Of a DNA stretch of 30,973 nt, positions 16,186-24,079 are shown one piece after another (the first letter of the stretch is position 1; every line of letters begins with the position of its first letter). The translations under genes were made by a program, and so were the position numbers. The notes under the pieces are model-generated. The model saw nothing but the letters and a program-made list of their open reading frames with translations, did not search any database and was not told the DNA's origin. Origin of the DNA: a virus. Its lineage: Duplodnaviria > Caudoviricetes. The stretch is taken from the IMG/VR virus record IMGVR_UViG_3300032332_000971, positions 1 through 30,973 of that record. One strand, 5' to 3'.

Positions 16186-16377
16186 ATGAAAAACCAACCG
16201 CTTGGAAAACGGATTTGGTGCCTGAGAATCGATCATAACGATCTGGAACTCGCTAAGAAGCGAGGAATTAAGCTGGCACCGGCCATCCGTAATTTCGTCA
16301 AAACTCTGCTCTATAGTGAATCGAACAACAAAGCTGCTAAACAGGAGAAAACACAATGGAAAATCACAAAGGTCTAA
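16186..16377 (+). CDS. Ribbon-helix-helix DNA-binding protein (CopG/CcdA-like)
   Basis: WCLRIDHNDLELAKKRGIKLAPAIRNFVKTLL fits the beta-strand, helix, Gly, helix pattern of RHH proteins. Repeats lie in its own promoter. Confidence 0.6.
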   Translation: MKNQPLGKRIWCLRIDHNDLELAKKRGIKLAPAIRNFVKTLLYSESNNKAAKQEKTQWKITKV

Positions 16378-17114
16378 CCGTTAATCAATCCCAGTTCCCG
16401 GTCGAACAAATCGAGCGTATGGCCCTCGCTTTCGCAAAGTCTGGCTTGTTTGGCATCAAAACTGTCGAACAAGGCGTTGCCCTCATGCTCATCGCTCAGG
16501 CAGAGGGTCTTCATCCAGCCGTAGCCGCGAGAGACTACCACATCATTCAAGGACGCCCCGCTTTGAAATCCGACGCTCTCCTCGCGCGATTTCAGCAAGC
16601 CGGTGGAAAGGTAAGCTGGAATGTTTATACAGATCACGAAGTATCCGCCACTCTTTCTCATCCTGTCGGTGGATCCGTCACAGTCGCTTGGACGATTGCT
16701 CAAGCTAAAGCTGCTGGCCTTACTGGCAAAGATGTTTGGAAGCAGTATCCTCGTTCGATGCTTCGCGCTCGCGTTATTTCCGAAGGAATCCGGGCTGTCT
16801 ATCCGGGAGTGTCTGTGGGAGTCTACACTGTTGAAGAGGCTACAGACTTTGATTCAAAACCAGAAACTAAAGAGGTAGCTGCTGAAGTCGCCCCTATGAT
16901 TCAGCCAAAAGCCGATCCCAAAGCAGAACTCTTTGCCAAGCTCAAGACCTCGAAATGGTCCAAAGAACAGATGGCTGAATACAGCGAAAAGACCTTTGGA
17001 GTAGGCACCGCATCGAAACTCACCACTGATCAGCTTTCGGCTTTGGTTGAAGTAGCCTGTGCAGAACAAGCACCAACTCAAGATGACTCTGCAGAATGGG
17101 AGGAGACCCTGTGA
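16356..17114 (+). CDS. RecT/Red-beta-superfamily single-strand annealing protein
   Basis: GLHP...IIQGRPAL, AKAAGL..KDVWKQYPRSMLRARVISEGIRAVYP..GVYTVEE motifs. SD AGGAG. Confidence 0.8.
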   Translation: MENHKGLTVNQSQFPVEQIERMALAFAKSGLFGIKTVEQGVALMLIAQAEGLHPAVAARDYHIIQGRPALKSDALLARFQQAGGKVSWNVYTDHEVSATLSHPVGGSVTVAWTIAQAKAAGLTGKDVWKQYPRSMLRARVISEGIRAVYPGVSVGVYTVEEATDFDSKPETKEVAAEVAPMIQPKADPKAELFAKLKTSKWSKEQMAEYSEKTFGVGTASKLTTDQLSALVEVACAEQAPTQDDSAEWEETL

Positions 17115-17317
17115 AAGAGTTGACCGGAATGACTCCTAAAGAAGTCGCAGAGCAAATGATGGAATGGTTTCCGTGGCTTAAAGAACCAATGCCGTATCAG
17201 CCTAGAATTAGATCTAAAGAGGAGAAGGAATCCGAGTTCCAATGGAAGGACTGGCGCTCAGATATGCAGTGGTGGGTTGAGCAGAACCGTTTGGATGCGA
17301 TGAGGAGGGGTGACTAA
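17111..17317 (+). CDS. Hypothetical Trp-rich protein
   Basis: GTG start in a GTGA overlap with the upstream stop, SD GAGGAG. Confidence 0.65.
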   Translation: MKELTGMTPKEVAEQMMEWFPWLKEPMPYQPRIRSKEEKESEFQWKDWRSDMQWWVEQNRLDAMRRGD

Positions 17318-17628
17318 TGGCAAACTATTTCGAGGAGTTCGACAGAGAAACAGAAGATGAACTCGAAGCTAAAACTAAGTTATTCGATTTATGGGTTCAT
17401 AACCGCCTTAATGAAGCGCTAAAAAAGTCTGACATGCTTCATGAGTACGAAATGCGCAAACTTCGCGATGTTTTAGATAAGGTTAAAGAAGAAAACGCCC
17501 GTTTTCGTAAGGCTTTAGAAAAATATGCAGACCCGAAGCGGCACTCAATGGACAAGGACGGTTTCCTCTGGAGCGGGGATTATTTTGACTATGATACCGC
17601 CCGCGCCGCATTGGACAAAAAAGAGTGA
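17317..17628 (+). CDS. Hypothetical coiled-coil protein
   Basis: 103 aa, TAATG coupling. ENARFRKALEKYAD...ARAAL pattern is common in phage early proteins. Confidence 0.7.
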   Translation: MANYFEEFDRETEDELEAKTKLFDLWVHNRLNEALKKSDMLHEYEMRKLRDVLDKVKEENARFRKALEKYADPKRHSMDKDGFLWSGDYFDYDTARAALDKKE

Positions 17629-18140
17629 ATGATTTCGTTGAAATATACATCACTCCTGAGATGGTCCTACACGCTCAACAAATGGCTGATTCGCTTGGTA
17701 CACTGAATCGATCCATCATGAATGGGAGTCGGAATCTTGCAGGGTTTCTTGGAGAGCTAGTTTTCGAGCAGTATTATCCTGAAGCAATCCGAGACAACAC
17801 TTACGACTCCGACTTCCTATTTCATGGCTCAACCGTCGATGTGAAAACAAAGGTGCGTGGCTATAAGCCAAAGCCCGATTATGAAGTTTCTGTCTCTGCC
17901 TATAGACTTCAGAAAACGAATGTGTATTACTTTGTGAGTCTTTTGGAGGAGCGTGGCCACTACACTAAAGCATACCTACTGGGATGGGCTTCCTCTAAAG
18001 ACTTTCTAGCTAACGCGAGGTTTCTAAAGAAGGGACAGCTAGACCCTTCAAATAATTACACAGTTCGTGCGGACTGTTACAATTTGGAGATCTCTAAACT
18101 GCGCCCGATCAAACGGCGCTGGGGGAATGATGCCACTTAA
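17625..18140 (+). CDS. PD-(D/E)xK restriction-endonuclease-like nuclease
   Basis: GFLGE...YDSDF...VDVKT catalytic pattern, then AYLLGW. Confidence 0.65.
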   Translation: MNDFVEIYITPEMVLHAQQMADSLGTLNRSIMNGSRNLAGFLGELVFEQYYPEAIRDNTYDSDFLFHGSTVDVKTKVRGYKPKPDYEVSVSAYRLQKTNVYYFVSLLEERGHYTKAYLLGWASSKDFLANARFLKKGQLDPSNNYTVRADCYNLEISKLRPIKRRWGNDAT

Positions 18141-18276
18141 AAAAGGAAGCAGTAAAAAGACTGTAAGCTCTAATATCCGCGAGATGGTCAAAGCGGGATA
18201 CTCTGGAAAACAAGCTGTTGCCGCAGCACTCAGCACAGCAAAGAAGTCTAAGAAGAAGACAGCAAAGAAGAAATAA
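18130..18276 (+). CDS. Small basic phage protein (MPLKKG...NI...KQAVA family)
   Basis: MPLKKGSSKKTVSSNIREMVKAGYSGKQAVAAALSTAKKSKKK is a pattern I recognise from many phages. The true start is 18127 or 18130, not 18067. Confidence 0.8.
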   Translation: MPLKKGSSKKTVSSNIREMVKAGYSGKQAVAAALSTAKKSKKKTAKKK

Positions 18277-18278
18277 GT

Positions 18279-18548
18279 ATGGACAAGACAATCGAAACCC
18301 AAGGAACTCTCGTAACACGCTTTATTGAGTGCGATCCAGATAAGCTGATTGAACTGGGGCATAGGCTCAAAGCTGCAGCAATGGATCAATGCTATCCCGG
18401 AGAGTCAGTAACCACTCAATTCTCTAGCGGGATCACATTGATCTACCATCCAGATAAAGAGTTCTGTAAGCCCCTTCATAAAGTTGGCCCTGTTGGGACC
18501 TATGGGACTGCATTCTACCATGATCCAGCAGAAGGGGTTCCGGTATAA
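18279..18548 (+). CDS. Hypothetical protein
   Basis: 89 aa, tightly packed in the operon. Confidence 0.65.
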   Translation: MDKTIETQGTLVTRFIECDPDKLIELGHRLKAAAMDQCYPGESVTTQFSSGITLIYHPDKEFCKPLHKVGPVGTYGTAFYHDPAEGVPV

Positions 18549-18757
18549 TGTCTTTGGATAAAGATCCCTGCTTAAAATGCGGAAAGATGATCACCATTAG
18601 CAGGACACAAATCTGCAAAGAGTGCCGATCTTTTAAGTGTGAGAAGTGCGGTAAAAACGCAATTATCAAGGATACTAGCTCAAGATTTTGTGGCTCGTGC
18701 GCTGTGGTTTATCGAGCGCACGTTCGATTTTTGTCAGATGGTCCATCACGCTCATGA
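18548..18757 (+). CDS. Small double Zn-finger protein (4x CxxC)
   Basis: CLKC, CKEC, CEKC and CGSC motifs. TAATG coupling. Confidence 0.65.
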   Translation: MSLDKDPCLKCGKMITISRTQICKECRSFKCEKCGKNAIIKDTSSRFCGSCAVVYRAHVRFLSDGPSRS

Positions 18758-19097
18758 CGTTCTCTAGGCTATAGACCACTGCACAGCAAGCGCCCTTGGA
18801 CGCCATATCCTTTAGCCATTCAAGCTGATCAGGAGTTGCTTTGTTCCCGGGGCGCTTTACTTCAATGCAAAGCATTCTGCCATTATAGATCCCAATAATG
18901 TCTGCAGATCCCTTTGCAGAGAATTTACCCGGTTTACGGTAAACCTTTTTAGAAGCATCAAAGACTCCGATGCTTTGATTAGTCCACGCCTTGCAGCCCG
19001 GAAGAGAGTTTAGATATTCCAGAATTAGATTCTGGATCTGCTTCTCTGTTGGTTTACTTGCTGAGGATTTGGTCGATTTTGTTTTCGATTCTTTCAA
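18675..19097 (-). CDS. VRR-NUC domain nuclease (Holliday-junction-resolvase-like)
   Basis: TEKQIQ..I, GSADII, IEVKRPG..TPDQ..W motifs. TTG start at 19097 has SD GGAGAGG (the ORF track extends to 19190). Confidence 0.85.
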   Translation of the reverse strand: MKESKTKSTKSSASKPTEKQIQNLILEYLNSLPGCKAWTNQSIGVFDASKKVYRKPGKFSAKGSADIIGIYNGRMLCIEVKRPGNKATPDQLEWLKDMASKGACCAVVYSLENVMSVMDHLTKIERALDKPQRTSHKILS

Positions 19098-19248
19098 GAC
19101 GCCTCTCCACCGTTTGTGCCCGTTCTTGCGCATGGTCTTTAGTTTCAAAGAGGCTAAGAGCGTAGGAAACCAACCCCCCTCCAGCAGCAAGAACCGCTAG
19201 AATAAAGGTGAGGAGTTCTTGGTTCACTACGCCCTGTTGCTGTTTCAT
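19054..19248 (-). CDS. Small membrane protein with coiled-coil tail (holin/XhlA-like candidate)
   Basis: One TM segment, then RLERIENKIDQIL. Lies in the lysis cluster. Confidence 0.6.
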   Translation of the reverse strand: MKQQQGVVNQELLTFILAVLAAGGGLVSYALSLFETKDHAQERAQTVERRLERIENKIDQILSK

Positions 19249-19499
19249 TTTTTACACTGGGTTGCCATGTAGTTTAGGATCTTTTGAAAGTCCCCCTGAG
19301 ACATTGAGATGAATCCATCTGCTGATGCAAACGGAATAAACTCGATATTGTTCTCAGGATCAGAACATTGCAGACCACCGCTCGTTACATCTACCAAGCA
19401 GACAGTCACTTCTGGGCCATGCCCACACGCACTAAAGACGACGGATGAGACGAGCAATGTCACCAGCAGCAGACTGTTTTTCTTGAGGAGTTTTCGCAT
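19245..19499 (-). CDS. Lipoprotein, o-spanin (Rz1-like) candidate
   Basis: MRKLLKKNSLLLVTLLVSSVVFSA-C lipobox. Starts inside the upstream gene in another frame. Confidence 0.65.
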   Translation of the reverse strand: MRKLLKKNSLLLVTLLVSSVVFSACGHGPEVTVCLVDVTSGGLQCSDPENNIEFIPFASADGFISMSQGDFQKILNYMATQCKK

Positions 19500-19653
19500 T
19501 TTTAGCCCTTTCAAATACCTCCGCAGAGTCCAAAATGAACTTGGCTGGATCATCTCCGAATTGAGAGTGTAACCAGCCTGAGAGGTTCTCCACCAATTTT
19601 ATTAAAGCTGGCAGAGCTTTGACAATAGCTAATAACGCTGTCAGGAAATTCAT
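19432..19653 (-). CDS. i-spanin (Rz-like) candidate
   Basis: Hydrophobic N-terminus and helical C-terminus. Overlaps the lipoprotein gene. Confidence 0.55.
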   Translation of the reverse strand: MNFLTALLAIVKALPALIKLVENLSGWLHSQFGDDPAKFILDSAEVFERAKNAKTPQEKQSAAGDIARLIRRL

Positions 19654-19826
19654 TTCTTAGAAATCTTCTCAAGAACAGCGACAATAGCCTTCAGAGCCTT
19701 TTCTGGTTGCTCTCCGGGGATCAGCAGGGAGACTGCAATAGCTCCGCTCAGAAGGGCAACAATAGCCGAAATGATCTCTGGACCATGTTCAATAGCGAGC
19801 TTAACGAGTTCAATTACCTTTGCCAT
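19650..19826 (-). CDS. Holin candidate
   Basis: 58 aa from ATG 19826 (SD AAAGGA), TM IISAIVALLSGAIAVSLLIP, basic C-terminus. Directly after the lysin. Confidence 0.6.
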   Translation of the reverse strand: MAKVIELVKLAIEHGPEIISAIVALLSGAIAVSLLIPGEQPEKALKAIVAVLEKISKK

Positions 19827-20325
19827 GCTGTTCCTTTCGAGCGAGTTCAATCGCGCTGAGGTATTGGTTTACCTTGTCTACATAAGTCTGGTTTTTATAC
19901 AGACCATTGAGAGTCTTAACCGGAGTTCCGGCATTGTAAGCCGATATAATATCGTCACGTTCTTTGAAGCGTCCGGCAAGACGTTTAATGAGTTTTGCTG
20001 CGTAAGTCAGATTGACCTGCTCATCAAGCAATTGAAAAATCGGACCCTTGAGACCAAGCTCACGAGCTACTGCCCCCATAAGCTGACATAGCCCAAAAGA
20101 AGTCATCTGAAACACTGTCTCAGTGGCCTCTGTGATCCCATTAGCCTGAGCATTTTCTTTGGTCTTATAGAGGTATTTATAATGAGGTTCAAATCTAGCA
20201 GCCCATCTATTATTTGAGCTTTCCGTCTGAACAATAGCCGCAAGCAGCACAGCTGGGACATTCTCTGCATCTGAGACATCTTCAATAATCTGCCAAGGCA
20301 GTCTCATCACCCAGCCGTTTTGCAT
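19810..20325 (-). CDS. Lytic transglycosylase (SLT family) endolysin
   Basis: Motifs AIVQTESS, FGLCQLM, AYNAG and YVDKV. Confidence 0.9.
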   Translation of the reverse strand: MQNGWVMRLPWQIIEDVSDAENVPAVLLAAIVQTESSNNRWAARFEPHYKYLYKTKENAQANGITEATETVFQMTSFGLCQLMGAVARELGLKGPIFQLLDEQVNLTYAAKLIKRLAGRFKERDDIISAYNAGTPVKTLNGLYKNQTYVDKVNQYLSAIELARKEQHGKGN

Positions 20326-22892
20326 TACTCAGTTTCCTCTTCTGGCTTAAATACGTCTTTGCGTTCCTTTGCCATCTCAGCCGCAGCTTTTTTCATATCT
20401 GGTCTAGGACCCGGCTTAGGAGATGGTTTCATCCCAGCCTCTTCTGGACTGAGATCTAGAATCCGACCAAAGTTCTGAATTGCCAACATATTCCTGACCT
20501 TTTTTGTCTGGCTAAGTGAACTATTGTTTTTAATCTGTCTTAAAACCTCTTGTTGATCTGCTGGATCAATTTCAATAGGTCGAGTGTCTCCCTGTGCGTG
20601 CAGTCTACCAATTACGACCAAAGACTTTGCAATCGATTCTGTATAGGTAGGAATATACGGAGACCACTGCTTTGCAGACTGTTTTGCTTTTTGCTGCTGT
20701 TGAAACAGACTATGCAAATCTTTCAATGAGAGACTAGGGCTTTTCCCATTCTGCGTTGCCCAAAGTTTAGCAATTTGTTCGGCAGAATCTTGTCCCCAAT
20801 TAGCAATCAAGTCTGGAAGCGGATTATCCAATGCTTGAACGATCGCCTTGCGTTTTGCATTGTCGATAATGGTGCTAGTTGCAACCCGGTTAGTCAAAGC
20901 ATCCGCAAACTTCTTAGAACTATCCAGAGATTCGTTTAACAGAGGAAATACCATAGCCCGAGCGTCTTGCTGGATGGCCTGTGCAACAGCAGTTCCGCTA
21001 GGATTCAGAATTGGATATCCAAACTCATTACCAAACGCTAAAATGTCCTGAACATCTTGGAGATCTTCTGGGCGGATCAATCCATTTTTCATCATCAATA
21101 GAAATTCATCTGAGTTCTTTTGGAACGATGAATAACTAGATGGAAATAAATAGGTTTTGGTTGCTGCAATGTTATTCAAAACATCCGGTGCAACCCGTTG
21201 ACTGTAATCCTCTTTGAGTTTCCCCTGAATATAATCCCATGCCCCAGCGTTGACGATGTCATCGGCTTCTTCACCACCAATGATTTTGAACTTTTCGAGT
21301 AGGCTTTCTGGACCAGATTGAAACTGTTTCAGGTTAAATATTTCTCGATAAACATCGAGACCCGTTTTTCCACCAAGTTTATCTTTCAGTGCATTATAAT
21401 CTTTCAGAAACCTAGACAACTCTTGGTTTGTTTCAAAAAGTTCTTGAGATAGATCTGCAGAGCCTTGTCGCTCTACAACATCATAAAGATTATTTCTGAG
21501 AAACCCTTCCATCTCCCGCATCGTCGCTTCATCTGGGGGAATTCTAAGACCCTGTGGAGTCTTATAAGCCCCTCCTTGAAATGCGACAATTCGATCTGTC
21601 AGATTTCTAATCGAAGGGTTTTCCTGCTGAAGCGCGGTTTTCAGCTTGTCGAGTTCAATCATAGACGCTGCATATGCGTCTTCTGTTGTAGTCCCCCCAA
21701 AACGGCGTAAATCAGCAAGTTGAGTGATTTTTGAGTTAATCCATCCAATCATTTCATCAGCTTTATCTTTAGGGATAAACTGATTTTCTTTAGGGATTGA
21801 GTTGATCACGGTTGAATATCTGACTGGAAACGCTCCCATTTTTTCTTTGAAAGCGCGCTCCATTGTTTCTGTGACAGCTCTACCCAAAGCATCATCTGAT
21901 GATAGGTATGGAGAAATATTCAGTTTTCCAGCAGATCTAGCTGCTGCAAGCGTTTGATCTAACGCTACTGAAAGCATTTGCTGTGCTTTGCGGTGATTTT
22001 CTAGTCCGGGGGTAATCCTGCTTTGACCTGCAAACTTCTCAAGTGCAGAAACAAATTCATCTCCACCAAAAAGGACCGTTGAATTTACAAGCTCAACTGG
22101 AAACCCAATTTTTTTTGCAGTCTCAAGGCTTTTTCTAACAGTTCCTTGAAGACCCGGATTGAGATTCCGTTTAATTTGTTCTCCGGCCTCTTCAAGTCCT
22201 TGTCGAAAACGAGATAACGCTCTTTGGGTTTTAGGAAGAAATCTCTCCTCACCAACAGCGGGTTCTATCCCAAGAGCAGACCCTACGATTGCTCCGGTCT
22301 CTTCAATGCCTTTCCCAAGAGCTTTAGTGGCACCTATTGCAGCCTCTTTTACTAATGGACGGGCAACACTTGCGATCGTTCCAAGTCCAGTGCTGATACC
22401 TTTTCCTACCGTTTTAGTAGGAAGCACTGTAAGCGGATCAGCCATTGCAACGCCAAGAGCACCGATCTCAGCAGGAGACATTCCTTGTATCGGAGTCGTA
22501 GGCTGTGGACCGGGAACTAGACCGGGAGCTTCTACAGGCGCAATGGTGCTAGGCTCAGAGCTAAGCCCCATCATTGCTGCAGTTTCAGTAGAAGATGGCG
22601 CAAGCTCAGGAGGAAGAGAAGAATACTGTTTGAATGCTTCTATGGCAGCAGCAGGACCCTGTGTTGCTCCAGCAGCAATAGCTGCTCTGGATGCAGGGTT
22701 ATCAAAAAGGAATGTACCGACTTTGGAAAGAGGACCCTCTGCTCCTTTAAGTTCTTCAATAGACTTGCTCAAATACTCTTCAGGAGACTGTTTTGACTCC
22801 TGAAACTTCAAGAAAGCATCCCATTGATCTGCTGGGACTTCTTCTGTGATGAGTTCCTGCTGTTGGTCTTGAGCTTTATTCTCGTCCATCAC
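20325..22892 (-). CDS. Large internal virion / DNA ejection protein
   Basis: 855 aa, helical. Last of three coupled genes after the tail nozzle, the usual podovirus position. Confidence 0.6.
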   Translation of the reverse strand: MMDENKAQDQQQELITEEVPADQWDAFLKFQESKQSPEEYLSKSIEELKGAEGPLSKVGTFLFDNPASRAAIAAGATQGPAAAIEAFKQYSSLPPELAPSSTETAAMMGLSSEPSTIAPVEAPGLVPGPQPTTPIQGMSPAEIGALGVAMADPLTVLPTKTVGKGISTGLGTIASVARPLVKEAAIGATKALGKGIEETGAIVGSALGIEPAVGEERFLPKTQRALSRFRQGLEEAGEQIKRNLNPGLQGTVRKSLETAKKIGFPVELVNSTVLFGGDEFVSALEKFAGQSRITPGLENHRKAQQMLSVALDQTLAAARSAGKLNISPYLSSDDALGRAVTETMERAFKEKMGAFPVRYSTVINSIPKENQFIPKDKADEMIGWINSKITQLADLRRFGGTTTEDAYAASMIELDKLKTALQQENPSIRNLTDRIVAFQGGAYKTPQGLRIPPDEATMREMEGFLRNNLYDVVERQGSADLSQELFETNQELSRFLKDYNALKDKLGGKTGLDVYREIFNLKQFQSGPESLLEKFKIIGGEEADDIVNAGAWDYIQGKLKEDYSQRVAPDVLNNIAATKTYLFPSSYSSFQKNSDEFLLMMKNGLIRPEDLQDVQDILAFGNEFGYPILNPSGTAVAQAIQQDARAMVFPLLNESLDSSKKFADALTNRVATSTIIDNAKRKAIVQALDNPLPDLIANWGQDSAEQIAKLWATQNGKSPSLSLKDLHSLFQQQQKAKQSAKQWSPYIPTYTESIAKSLVVIGRLHAQGDTRPIEIDPADQQEVLRQIKNNSSLSQTKKVRNMLAIQNFGRILDLSPEEAGMKPSPKPGPRPDMKKAAAEMAKERKDVFKPEEETE

Positions 22893-24079
22893 TGCATCCC
22901 CTGAGACTTTTTGAAGTTTTCAAACTCTGCTTTTTGCTGTGGAGTCATCTGAACTTGTGCAACCGGACCTTTACCACTGATAAACCCGAGAGGATAAAGT
23001 TCTCTGCTCATAGAGTTACGCATTCTATTTCTGAATGCTTCAGCAATCCCAGAGTTGTATTTTTCGGTAGCGAGCTTTTTGATCGAACTAAAGAAACTGT
23101 CCCCATCAAGCTGAAGTGTCCCAGCCGGAATAATAGCCTCTAATTGTTCAAGGTCTCCACCGTTCAGAACTCCAAGATTATAGACCTCTTTTGCTCTGAG
23201 CAGAATATCTCGATATTCAAGTTGGAGCTGTTGAGCCTCTTTAGAAGAGGGATCTTTAGCCAAGCCACCGACCTTTTGAAGTTTTTCTTGATAGGATGCG
23301 ATTGCATCGTCCAAAGAGGTGTACTTTCCAACAACGTCACGAGCCTTTTTCAAAGCATCCTGACCTGCAGAAGTCAGTTGTGAGCGGACATCCATATCCG
23401 AACGCCACACTACTCCCGGAGTAAGTTGAGTCACTGCAATTTTTGGTTCTTTTTCGGATGTGATAAAGGTCTTTTTGACTTCTTCACCACCGGCTGCTCG
23501 GTTAATCAGCTTTTGAGCATCCTCAGCAGCCCCTGCAAGTGCCTTGTAGGCAGGATCATCACTGCGGCCTTTTGCTCTCTCTTCAAGCATCTTGAGTTTG
23601 AGATCCATACGCTTTTTCTCAAGTTCTTTTCTGAGATCTGCTGCTGCTTCTTCTCGCTTTTCTTCACGCTTCGATAAAGCTCCAGCATACTCCGCTCCAG
23701 CTTTAGCTCCAGCCTGAAGACCCAATGCTCGACCAGTCGGAGTTTTTCCAAGGGCTGCACCAAGAATAGCTGGCCCAAGGCTAAATCCGAGTAGCTTCCA
23801 GATATTCTGATCTTCACCCTTTGGGAGAAGTTTATCGTAATCCAAAGCCGCCAGAGCGGGTTCATAAATCTTTGTAACCCGTTTTTCCCCATAAGTTTCT
23901 GGGAACTCTTCCATTTTTCTTTCAAGCTCTGCTGCTCGAAGCCTAAGACGAGCAATATCCAATGGCTGTTCAGTAACAGTCTGAGAGGATTTTTCTGGTT
24001 GTTCAATGGCCTGAGTTGCAGATCCACCGGTCATACCAGCAATGACTCGGTCAATTTCTTTCCGCTGTTCCTCGTCCAT
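22889..24079 (-). CDS. Internal virion / DNA ejection protein
   Basis: 396 aa, coiled coil with a Gly/Ala hydrophobic segment and YNLGVLNGGDLEQLE motif. Supported by synteny. Confidence 0.6.
   Translation of the reverse strand: MDEEQRKEIDRVIAGMTGGSATQAIEQPEKSSQTVTEQPLDIARLRLRAAELERKMEEFPETYGEKRVTKIYEPALAALDYDKLLPKGEDQNIWKLLGFSLGPAILGAALGKTPTGRALGLQAGAKAGAEYAGALSKREEKREEAAADLRKELEKKRMDLKLKMLEERAKGRSDDPAYKALAGAAEDAQKLINRAAGGEEVKKTFITSEKEPKIAVTQLTPGVVWRSDMDVRSQLTSAGQDALKKARDVVGKYTSLDDAIASYQEKLQKVGGLAKDPSSKEAQQLQLEYRDILLRAKEVYNLGVLNGGDLEQLEAIIPAGTLQLDGDSFFSSIKKLATEKYNSGIAEAFRNRMRNSMSRELYPLGFISGKGPVAQVQMTPQQKAEFENFKKSQGMQ

Noticed and set aside
22159-22803. 214-aa plus-strand ORF and other long antisense ORFs (e.g. 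6741-7286, 28879-29319)
   Set aside because: Fully antisense to well-supported genes, with no motifs or SD; typical shadow ORFs.
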